From assembly GCA_965214705.1 (NCBI GenBank), contig CBDCCI010000002.1, positions 832,001 to 896,000 on the forward strand: a DNA stretch of 64,000 bases, in the 5' to 3' direction. Numbering within the stretch: position 1 is the stretch's first letter; the number at the start of each line of letters is the position of its first letter. The notes under the pieces are model-generated. The model was not told the DNA's origin, did no database searches, and saw only the letters and a list, made by a program, of their open reading frames with translations. The translations under genes were made by a program, and so were the position numbers. Shown here piece by piece: positions 17,790 to 26,000 of the stretch. The stretch comes from Alphaproteobacteria bacterium (GTDB lineage Bacteria > Pseudomonadota > Alphaproteobacteria > UBA828).

Positions 17790-18845
17790 TCAGTTCAGTC
17801 GTTGTCCGGTCTCGGGGTCGAACAAGTGCACGGCGCCCGCGCGGGGGCCGAGCGCCAGCGTCTCGCCCTCGTGGACCGCGGTGTAGCGTGGCAGGCGGAC
17901 CGTGAGCTCCTGGCCTTCGTCGGTGGTGCAGAAGACCAGCGTGTCCGCGCCCATGGGCTCGACCAGCGTGACCAGCGCGCTGAGCCTGCCCCGGCCTTGA
18001 GCGCCGTCGGGCAGCAGGTCCTCGGGCCGGATACCGACGGTGACTGGCCCGCTCGCCGCGCCCGCGGCAGCCGTCTCGGTCTCGCCGACGCGCACGATGC
18101 CATCCGCCGCCGTGCCTTGCAGGAAGTTCATCGCCGGCGAGCCGATGAAGCCCGCGACGAACTCGTTGACCGGCCGCTCGTAGAGCTCGTCGGGGTCGCC
18201 GATCTGCTCGATCCGCCCGTCGCGCAGCACCACCACGCGGTCCGCCAGCGTCATGGCCTCGACCTGGTCATGGGTGACGTAGACCGAGGTGCGCCGCATC
18301 TCCTGGTGCAGCCGCTTGATCACCGTGCGCAGCCGCACGCGCAGCTCGGCGTCAAGGTTGGAGAGCGGCTCGTCGAACAGGAAGATGCGCGGGTCCCGCA
18401 CCAGCGCCCGGCCGATGGCGACCCGCTGGCGCTGGCCGCCCGACATCTGGCGCGGGCGGCGGCGCAGCAGCTCGGTGATCTCCAGCCGCCCGGCCACCTC
18501 GCGCACCTTGCGGTCCACGGTCTTGCGGTCCACGCCGCGGATGCGCTGGTTGAAGGCGAGGTTGTCGAACACGTTCATGTGCGGGTAGAGGGCGTGGCTC
18601 TGGAACACCATCGCCACGTCTCGGTCCTTGGGCGCGATGCCGGCCATGTCCTTGCCGTCGATGGAGACCGAGCCCTCGCTCTGGCGCTCCAGCCCGGCGA
18701 CGATCCTGAGCAGCGTGGACTTGCCGCTGCCCGACGGCCCCACCAGCACCACGAACTCGTTGTCGTGGACCGTGAGGTCGATCTCCTGCAGCGCCGCGAC
18801 CGGGCCGAAGCGCTTGAAGACGCCGCTGACTACGACTTCCGCCAC
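17790..18845 (-). CDS. carbohydrate ABC transporter ATP-binding protein (MalK/UgpC type)
   Basis: GPSGSGKS, SGGQRQR, DEPLSNLDA, YVTHDQVEAMT, FIGSP.MN. Confidence 0.93.
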   Translation of the reverse strand: MAEVVVSGVFKRFGPVAALQEIDLTVHDNEFVVLVGPSGSGKSTLLRIVAGLERQSEGSVSIDGKDMAGIAPKDRDVAMVFQSHALYPHMNVFDNLAFNQRIRGVDRKTVDRKVREVAGRLEITELLRRRPRQMSGGQRQRVAIGRALVRDPRIFLFDEPLSNLDAELRVRLRTVIKRLHQEMRRTSVYVTHDQVEAMTLADRVVVLRDGRIEQIGDPDELYERPVNEFVAGFIGSPAMNFLQGTAADGIVRVGETETAAAGAASGPVTVGIRPEDLLPDGAQGRGRLSALVTLVEPMGADTLVFCTTDEGQELTVRLPRYTAVHEGETLALGPRAGAVHLFDPETGQRLN

Positions 18846-18849
18846 GGGC

Positions 18850-19758
18850 CTACTCCCGGATCACGCCGGCGAGCGTGCCGCGCGCCAGGTAGCGCTCCAG
18901 CACGAACGCGATGATGACCAGCGGCAGCACCGAGACCAGCGCGGACGCGCTCAGGCTCCACCACGGCACCTTGTTGGAATTGAGGATTACGATGGTGGGC
19001 GGCAGCAGCTGCACCTTGGCGAAGGTGAGCGTGAGCGCGAAGAAGAAGTCGCTCCATGAGAAGATGATGCAGAGCAGCGTCGCCACCACCATGCCCGGTG
19101 CGCAGTTGGGCAGGATGATGCGGTAGAACGCCTGGATCGGGTTGCAGCCGTCGATCAGCGCCGCCTCGTCGAGCTCGATGGGCACGGTGTTGAAGAAATC
19201 CACCATCACCCAGACCACGATGGGCAGCAGCATCGCGACGTAGACCAGGATCAGCCCAAGGTGGGTGTCCAGCAGGCCGGTGAAGCGCAGCAGCAGGAAG
19301 TAGGGGATCGCCAGCACCGCCGGCGGCATGATGCGCTGGGAGATGAAGAAGAAGGTGATATCGTTGTTGCCCAAGGGGCCTGCGCGGAAAGTAAAGCGCG
19401 AGAGCCCGTAGGCCGCGAGCGTGCCGAGGAAGAGCGCGATCGAGGTCGAGATCAGGCTCACCACCAGGCTCGAGAGGTAGGGTCCCTGCATGCTGATGCC
19501 GCCGGAGCTGGTATCGCGGAAGAGCGCGGTCCAGCCGTCCACGGTTGGCTCGTATTCGAGGAAGGGGATGTAGGTCGCGCCGCCGACCACGCCGGGGTCG
19601 CTCTTGAACGAGGTCGACAGCGCCCAGAGGAAGGGCGCCACCACGAAGATCGCCCAGGCGATCAGCGCGGCGTACTTGAGCACGCGGTAGAGGTCCGCCT
19701 TGAACCCGCTCATGGCGATGCCGCGCACGCGCTCCTGCGCTGGCTCGTGCGCGCTCAT
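18850..19758 (-). CDS. carbohydrate ABC transporter permease (MalG type)
   Basis: ATG at 19758 overlapping the upstream stop (ATGA); ELDEAALIDG EAA loop; the track ORF is over-extended. Confidence 0.9.
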   Translation of the reverse strand: MSAHEPAQERVRGIAMSGFKADLYRVLKYAALIAWAIFVVAPFLWALSTSFKSDPGVVGGATYIPFLEYEPTVDGWTALFRDTSSGGISMQGPYLSSLVVSLISTSIALFLGTLAAYGLSRFTFRAGPLGNNDITFFFISQRIMPPAVLAIPYFLLLRFTGLLDTHLGLILVYVAMLLPIVVWVMVDFFNTVPIELDEAALIDGCNPIQAFYRIILPNCAPGMVVATLLCIIFSWSDFFFALTLTFAKVQLLPPTIVILNSNKVPWWSLSASALVSVLPLVIIAFVLERYLARGTLAGVIRE

Positions 19759-20639
19759 ACCCGCACCGGCCCCTGCCGCCCGATCATCAGCCGGCTCAGG
19801 CTGCGGGCGAAGATGGTGAGCGCGATGATCATGATCGCGAGATAGATGATCGAGAGCGAGGCGGTGTAGCCGATCTGAAATTCGCGCAAGCCCCTGATAT
19901 AGAGAAGATAGCTTGTGGTCTCGGTGGACGAGCCGGGGCCGCCGGAGGTGAGCGCGTAGATCGTCTCCATCAGCTTGGAGGATTCGATCAGGCGGATGAT
20001 CAGCGCGCCCAGCGTGATCGGCGCCATCAGCGGGAAGGTGACGTGGACGAAGGTGCGGATCGGCCCGGCGCCGTCGATCTGGGCCGCCTCGTAGGGCTCG
20101 CGCGGCAGCGACATGAGCCCCGCCAGCAGCAGGATGAACATGAAGGAGGTCCACTGCCAGACGTCGATGATGACCACCGCGGCGAAGGCGGGGCCGGACT
20201 TGCTCAGCCACGGCACGCCTGGGATGCCGAACCAGCTCAGCACGTCGTTCAGCGGCCCTAGAGTCTCGTGGAAGATGGTGCGCCAGACCACGGCCATCAC
20301 CACCGGCGTCACGCACATCGGCACGATGAAGAGCACGCGGAAGAAGCGACCGGCGCGCACGTCCTTCCACAGCATGAGCGCCAGCGCGAAGCCCAGCAGG
20401 TACTCGAAGACGACGCAGAAGAGCACCATCAGGTAGAGGGTGCCCATGGAATCCCAGAAGCGCCCGTCGGTGATGGCGCGGGCGTAGTTGTCCCAACCGA
20501 TATAGTCGAGCTCGGGGAAGTTCACGTCCCAGCCGGAGAGGCTGAGGCGCACGGTGTAGATCAGCGGAAAGATGATGATCGCGACCAGCGCGAGCAGCGC
20601 CGGAAGCAGAAAGATGTGCTTGTAGCGCGAGTCCAGCAT
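19755..20639 (-). CDS. carbohydrate ABC transporter permease (MalF type)
   Basis: DVWQWT.F, YEAAQIDGA, LT.GGPG. Confidence 0.92.
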   Translation of the reverse strand: MLDSRYKHIFLLPALLALVAIIIFPLIYTVRLSLSGWDVNFPELDYIGWDNYARAITDGRFWDSMGTLYLMVLFCVVFEYLLGFALALMLWKDVRAGRFFRVLFIVPMCVTPVVMAVVWRTIFHETLGPLNDVLSWFGIPGVPWLSKSGPAFAAVVIIDVWQWTSFMFILLLAGLMSLPREPYEAAQIDGAGPIRTFVHVTFPLMAPITLGALIIRLIESSKLMETIYALTSGGPGSSTETTSYLLYIRGLREFQIGYTASLSIIYLAIMIIALTIFARSLSRLMIGRQGPVRV

Positions 20640-20654
20640 GGCCGTGCGAAGAAT

Positions 20655-20680
20655 GACCGGCGGGCTTCAGCCCGCCGGTC
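20655..20680. repeat. REP-like perfect 12-bp hairpin between SBP and permease genes
   Basis: GACCGGCGGGCT-TC-AGCCCGCCGGTC. Confidence 0.8.
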
Positions 20681-20721
20681 TCTTCAAGCGAGGTCTAACG
20701 CTATTCCGGATTCCGCCGGTC

Positions 20722-22296
20722 CTATTGGACCTGATCCAGCGAGACGTTGTCCTCGAGCGCGACCACGTTCTTGTAGGCCTCGCGGATCGCGTCGACGCCG
20801 ATCCGGTCGGCGATGCGGGTCCATTCCTCGGCGACCTCGTCGAGCGCGGCCTGGGCCGTCATCTCGCCCGCCATCGCCTTGGCGACACCTGCCATCATGG
20901 CGGTGTAGAACTGGTTGACGCCGGGCACGCGCAGGTCGAAGACCCGGTTGGTGCTCGTGTCCATGCCCCGCAGCATGTCGGTGAAGCTCACCGCCACCGC
21001 GCGATCCCAGCCGGCTTCCTGCTCCCAGTAGTCGGGATCCATGTGGCTGGTGCGGAAGGGATTGACGCCGAAGCGGCCGATCAGCAGGTCGTGGTTGGTG
21101 TTGGCGTAGTTCGAGAAGAAGCAGAACCAGTCGAACGCCATCTCCTGCTCTTCGCTGTACCTGGAGACGCCGGCGCCCCAGCCCCAGGTCACGTAAGGCG
21201 CGACCGAGGGGGTCTCGAACTCGTCCCACTGGCCGCTGACCCGGTTCCATACCTTGTGCGAGCCCATGGAGGGGCCGTACTGGGTGCCGACGCGGATCTT
21301 GTTGCGGATCGGCGAATCCGGCTGCATCGCCTGGATGAAGGCATCGTCCCAGGTGACGCTCATCAGCGACTCACCGCCGCCCCAGGAGAAGATCTCGTCG
21401 CCGATGCCGAAGTTGATCCCGCCGGGCGGCATGTAGCGGAGCGCGTCCATCCACATCTCCAGCCCCTTGACGAAGCCCGGATTGTTGACCTGCGGGGTCA
21501 TGGTCTCGAGATCGAACCAGAAGCCACCGGTCACGTTCGGGTTCTTGGCGTAGGAGGCGACGCGGGTGATGAAGTTGGCGAAGGCCACGTCGTCGCGCTT
21601 GACGATCTCGGTCGAGCCGTACTCCAGCTCGCCGTCGCCGTCCCAGTCCCAGCCGCTGAAGAAGGTGGCGACCTCGGCGTATTCCTCCCAGGTCGTCGGG
21701 ATGGCGAGATCGCGGCCGTACTCGGCCTTGAACTTGGCCTGGTTATCCGCGTCCTCGAAGGGCGGCAGGATGTACTTGAAGTAGTTCCGGTCGCCGTCGA
21801 AGGTGTACTGCAGGCGCTCGCCGTTCCAGCTGGCGACACCCTGATAGGCCGGCGTAATGTCCTTCATCTCGTCGGTGTCGAGATACTTCTGGGGCACGGC
21901 TGCCAGGTGCGGCGCCCAGTCGCCGATCCAGTAGGAGCCGCCGTAGACGATGTCATAGACGTGCTGGCCGGTCTGGAACGGGATCATCACCTTCTGGTAG
22001 AGCTCGCCGAAGGGGGCGTGCACCACGTTCACCGTGCCGCCGGTCAGCTCCTCGAACTGCTTGGAGTGCAGCGCCACCGGCTCGCCCATCACGGGCACGG
22101 CGTGGGTCAGGATGGTGATCTCGTGCCCGGTGTAGTCCTTCGCGTCGGTGGACGCGTAGGAGCAGATGCCCGGATGGTCTTCCTTGATCCCGTACTTCGC
22201 GACGTAGTCGGTCTCCGCGAAGGCGGGCATCGTCAAGGCCACGCCGACCGTGCCGAGCACGCCGGCCGCCAGAACGGTTCTCGGATGCATTGTCAT
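20722..22296 (-). CDS. extracellular solute-binding protein (CUT1 type)
   Basis: Signal peptide (..MPAFA); P.TWEEY motif; first gene of the ABC cluster; start may be 22290. Confidence 0.88.
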   Translation of the reverse strand: MTMHPRTVLAAGVLGTVGVALTMPAFAETDYVAKYGIKEDHPGICSYASTDAKDYTGHEITILTHAVPVMGEPVALHSKQFEELTGGTVNVVHAPFGELYQKVMIPFQTGQHVYDIVYGGSYWIGDWAPHLAAVPQKYLDTDEMKDITPAYQGVASWNGERLQYTFDGDRNYFKYILPPFEDADNQAKFKAEYGRDLAIPTTWEEYAEVATFFSGWDWDGDGELEYGSTEIVKRDDVAFANFITRVASYAKNPNVTGGFWFDLETMTPQVNNPGFVKGLEMWMDALRYMPPGGINFGIGDEIFSWGGGESLMSVTWDDAFIQAMQPDSPIRNKIRVGTQYGPSMGSHKVWNRVSGQWDEFETPSVAPYVTWGWGAGVSRYSEEQEMAFDWFCFFSNYANTNHDLLIGRFGVNPFRTSHMDPDYWEQEAGWDRAVAVSFTDMLRGMDTSTNRVFDLRVPGVNQFYTAMMAGVAKAMAGEMTAQAALDEVAEEWTRIADRIGVDAIREAYKNVVALEDNVSLDQVQ

Positions 22297-22445
22297 CTCC
22301 CTGAGTGGCTTGCGGAACGCCGCACGGCGCCGTTGCCGCGGCGGCGTCGGCTCACGGCCGGCGAGTATGCGTCATCGCCCGCGGGCCAAGCAAGGAGTGG
22401 CCCGCAGTGTGCCGTGCAGATCGTGACCGCGGCTAAAATCGCCGG

Positions 22446-24110
22446 CTAAATCTTGCCCTCGACCGCCGCCTCGATCAGGTAGGGGGCGCCCGAGGCGAGA
22501 CCATCCTTCACTGCCTGGGCCAGCTCGTCCGGCTCGGTGACGCGGGTGCCGGCGACGCCCATCCCGGCTGCCATCTCGACGAAGCCCAGAGGCGGATCGA
22601 CCAGGTCCATCTGTACGTAAGGGTGGTTGGAGCCCACGCCGAAGCGCTTCCGGTAGATGTCGAGGTTGTGCTTGAGGATGCGGTATTCGGCGTTGGCAAG
22701 GATGACGAAGACGATGGGCAGCCGGTGGTGCGCCGCGGTCCAGAGCGCCTGGATGCTGTACATCGCCGAGCCGTCGCCCGAGAGGCAGACCATCGGGCGC
22801 TCCGGCATCGCCAGATTGACGCCGAGCGCGCCCGCGATCCCCTGGCCGATGCCGCCGCCGCGGCCGCAGAAGTAGTCGCCATGCCCGCCGAAGCTGAAGG
22901 CCTTGGGAATCTCGGGGCTGCCAGTGATCGCCTCCTCGACGATGATCACGTCCTCCGGCACCGCCGTCGCCAGCGCCTCGAGCATGATCGGCACCGGCAT
23001 GGGCCGCCGCTCGCGCATGCCGTTGAGGCGGGTAAGCCTGTCCCCCCGCTCCTTCTCGGCGAAGCCGGCCAGCACCCGGTTCCGCTCCGCGGCCTCGGCG
23101 ACGTAGGCGTCCGAGCGTTCCATCTCCACCTGGGCGCAGAGCGCCTCCAGCGTAGGCCTCAGGCCCGCGATCAGGCCCGCATCGAGGCCGTGGTTGCGGG
23201 CGAGCCGCTCGGTCGATTCCTCGATGTGCAGCACCTTGGCTCCGGGCGGGAACGGCCCGCTGGGCGCGTACCACACCTCCTCGAAGAAGGGGCCGCCCAC
23301 CATGAGCACCGCGTCCGCCCCGCCGAAGGTCTTCGCGATGGTGGCGGGGTCGGTAGGAATGCGGCCCCGGTAGTTGGGGTGCATGTTGGGGACCGGCTGG
23401 TGCTGGTGGATCAGCTCGGTCCAGATGCCGGCGCCGGTCGCCTCGGCCAGCGCAACCAGCGCCTCGCCCGCTCCGCTGCGCGCGACATCGTCGCCGATCA
23501 TGATGGCGGGCTCGCTCGCGGCCAGCAGCAGCCGGACCATGGCGGCGACGCCCTCCGGGTCCGGCGGGGGCGCGCGCCAGAGCGGGCCGGCGGCGCGGGC
23601 CTCGACCTCGGTCTGCTGCTCCATCACGTTGATCGGCAGCGCGACGAAGACCGGGCCGGACGGCGCATCGTGCGCGATCTTGAAGGCACGCCGCACGATG
23701 GGCGCGATCTCGTCCGCGCTTTCCGCCTGCACGCTCCACTTCACCACCGGCGCCGCCATGGCCACCAGGTCGTGGCCGAGGATGGGATCGCGCAGGCGGA
23801 GCCGCGTGTCCTGCTGGCCGGCGGTGACCACCATGGGCGAGTTGGTGCGGAGCGCGCCGAAGATCATGCCGATGGCGTTACCGAGGCCGGGCGCCACGTG
23901 CAGATTCACCACGCCGGCGCGGCCGCAGGCCTGGGCGTAGTAGCTCGCGGCCCCGATGGCGACGCCCTCGTGCAGCGCGAGCACGTACTCGATGCCCTGA
24001 TAGCGCGCGAGGCTGTCGATCAGCGGGCTCTCGGTGGTGCCGGGGTTGCCGAACATGTGCTGGACCCCGTGCGCCAGCAGGCTCTCCATGAAGACGTCGC
24101 GCCCGTACAT
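22446..24110 (-). CDS. TPP-dependent decarboxylase (benzoylformate decarboxylase-like)
   Basis: FGNPGTTE, LHE, NLHVAPGLGNA, GDGSAMYSIQALWTAA..N; start at MYGRDVF. Confidence 0.88.
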   Translation of the reverse strand: MYGRDVFMESLLAHGVQHMFGNPGTTESPLIDSLARYQGIEYVLALHEGVAIGAASYYAQACGRAGVVNLHVAPGLGNAIGMIFGALRTNSPMVVTAGQQDTRLRLRDPILGHDLVAMAAPVVKWSVQAESADEIAPIVRRAFKIAHDAPSGPVFVALPINVMEQQTEVEARAAGPLWRAPPPDPEGVAAMVRLLLAASEPAIMIGDDVARSGAGEALVALAEATGAGIWTELIHQHQPVPNMHPNYRGRIPTDPATIAKTFGGADAVLMVGGPFFEEVWYAPSGPFPPGAKVLHIEESTERLARNHGLDAGLIAGLRPTLEALCAQVEMERSDAYVAEAAERNRVLAGFAEKERGDRLTRLNGMRERRPMPVPIMLEALATAVPEDVIIVEEAITGSPEIPKAFSFGGHGDYFCGRGGGIGQGIAGALGVNLAMPERPMVCLSGDGSAMYSIQALWTAAHHRLPIVFVILANAEYRILKHNLDIYRKRFGVGSNHPYVQMDLVDPPLGFVEMAAGMGVAGTRVTEPDELAQAVKDGLASGAPYLIEAAVEGKI

Positions 24111-24208
24111 GTCTCTCGTCCGTTGCTGGGAAACCGCCCGCTGCGGCCGGAGCCGCTCAGGCGCGCATCCTGCCAGAAAGCGCGCCGCCCGGCACCCCGC
24201 CTCGCCGC

Positions 24209-25990
24209 TCAGGCCGAGGCGCGGAGGAGGCGGGTGCGCTCCTCGTCCACGACGATGTCGATGCCGTTGGCGGCGCGGACCAGGGCGACCCGGTAGACAC
24301 TGACCGCGCGCTCGATGCTGAGCCAGCCGCGCGCGACGTCTTCGGCGACGGCCGCAGGGTCCCGTTCGGTCGGATCGCCGTAGCCGCCGCCGGCGACGGT
24401 GCGGTAGTGCATCGCCTCGCCGGGTGCGAGCCGCTCCTCGTGGAACGAGGGGAGAGTGTGCAAGCTGCCGTCCGCCTCCCGCTTCCGGTTGAGCGAGGGC
24501 GCGCCTGCCGCGCCGCCGAGCACGCCCTGCGCCGGGTTCAGGTCGCCGTCGCTGCAATAGAAGACCGAGACCGGACCTGCGAGCGAGCGGTATGCGCCCT
24601 GCGTCGCCGGCGCGCCGTTCCAGCGTCCCGCGCCCATGGTATCCATGGCAATGCGGCGCTCCTCCATCAGGATCGAATACTGCGCCTCGTCGATCTCGAT
24701 CGAATCGATCACCAGCACGCCGCCGCCGTCCGGCGCCTCGTAGGTGAGCCAGCCGTCGTGGCCGTGGGTGCCGGGGCCGCCGGAGAGGCCGACGCAGAAC
24801 TGGTTCACGTAGGGCACCGCCTCACCGTCCCGGTCGTCCAGCCCTGAGACCACGCCGAGGCCGGCTGACATGTTACCGCCGCCTTCCGCCAGCCCGTGGG
24901 GCGCGCCGATCTGCGCGAAGCAGCACTGCACGGCGTTGATGAGGCGGTCGTTGACGTTGGTGGTGGCGACCGAGGTGCCCGCCGGGAAGCTCGGCCGGCC
25001 CACGACGCAGCCGTCCCTGAGCTTCACCCTGATGCGGCTCGCGCTGCCCTCGTTGTGCGGGATCGTCGGGTCGAGGTTGTAGAAGACGCCGATCCGGCAC
25101 GAGCCCGCGGCGCAGGCCTCGGAGAGGTTGACCCCGCCGGGCACGCAGTCCGGATTGTCGCGGAGGTCCACGGTGATGACGCCCTCCTCGGGCTCGACCG
25201 TGACCTCGGCGGTGATCGGGATGCCGTCGTCGGCGACCCCGGGGATCGGGTCGTGGCTGCAGGTGTAGCGCCAGGTGCCGGCGGGGAGCGCGCGGATCGC
25301 CGCCGCCGCGCGCCGCGAACCGTAGTCCATCCAGGCTTCCACGAAGGAGCGCACGGTCTCGATGCCGTAGTGCGCGACCAGCGCCTTTAGCCTGCGCTCG
25401 CCGATGCGGCAGGCGCCCACTTGCGCGCGGTAGTCGCCGTACCAGACGTGCGGCGCGCGGATCTTCTGCAGGCCGATGCGCACGATGTCCGCCTTGTCCT
25501 CGCGCCCCTCCTGAATCCGCACGCAGGGGAAGTGAACGCCCTCCTGATAGAGCGTCGCGGCATAGGGCAGGTAGGTGGTGGGCTCCGGCGCGCCGACATC
25601 GGCGTGGTGCGAGCGCGAGAGCACCCAGAAGAGCGGCTCGCCGTCGGCGAAGACCGGCACGCAGAGCGTCATGTCGGCGTGGTGCGTGACCCCGTGATAG
25701 GGGCTGTTGTTGAAGAAGGCGTCGCCCTCCTTCACGTCGTCGAAGAGCGCGGTGATCGGCTGGGTCGTGAGCTCCAGCGCGCTGACGTGAATCGGCATCG
25801 CCTCCTCGACGCAGATCAGCCGATGGTCGTAGGTGAGGATGCCGCAGGACATGTCGCGCGCGTTGGTGATGACCGCCGAGCGCGAGGCGCGCATCACCGT
25901 GTTGCTCATCTCGCGGATGATCGCCTCCAGCCGGCGGGAGAGCACCGCCATCAGCAGCGGGTCGAAGCGTTCGGGCGTCGTTTCTGCCAT
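24209..25990 (-). CDS. hydantoinase B / oxoprolinase family protein
   Basis: EM...R.S.S, PIH, NNSPY.G.THHAD, HHADVG, EG, GGGYGDP.ER. Confidence 0.9.
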   Translation of the reverse strand: MAETTPERFDPLLMAVLSRRLEAIIREMSNTVMRASRSAVITNARDMSCGILTYDHRLICVEEAMPIHVSALELTTQPITALFDDVKEGDAFFNNSPYHGVTHHADMTLCVPVFADGEPLFWVLSRSHHADVGAPEPTTYLPYAATLYQEGVHFPCVRIQEGREDKADIVRIGLQKIRAPHVWYGDYRAQVGACRIGERRLKALVAHYGIETVRSFVEAWMDYGSRRAAAAIRALPAGTWRYTCSHDPIPGVADDGIPITAEVTVEPEEGVITVDLRDNPDCVPGGVNLSEACAAGSCRIGVFYNLDPTIPHNEGSASRIRVKLRDGCVVGRPSFPAGTSVATTNVNDRLINAVQCCFAQIGAPHGLAEGGGNMSAGLGVVSGLDDRDGEAVPYVNQFCVGLSGGPGTHGHDGWLTYEAPDGGGVLVIDSIEIDEAQYSILMEERRIAMDTMGAGRWNGAPATQGAYRSLAGPVSVFYCSDGDLNPAQGVLGGAAGAPSLNRKREADGSLHTLPSFHEERLAPGEAMHYRTVAGGGYGDPTERDPAAVAEDVARGWLSIERAVSVYRVALVRAANGIDIVVDEERTRLLRASA

Positions 25991-26000
25991 GTCGGTGCCC

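Noticed and set aside
22430-22452. Short tandem duplication CGGCTAAAATC/CGGCTAAATC at the TPP gene stop
   Set aside because: Too short, with no partner site or mobile element; cannot be supported as an att site or target-site duplication
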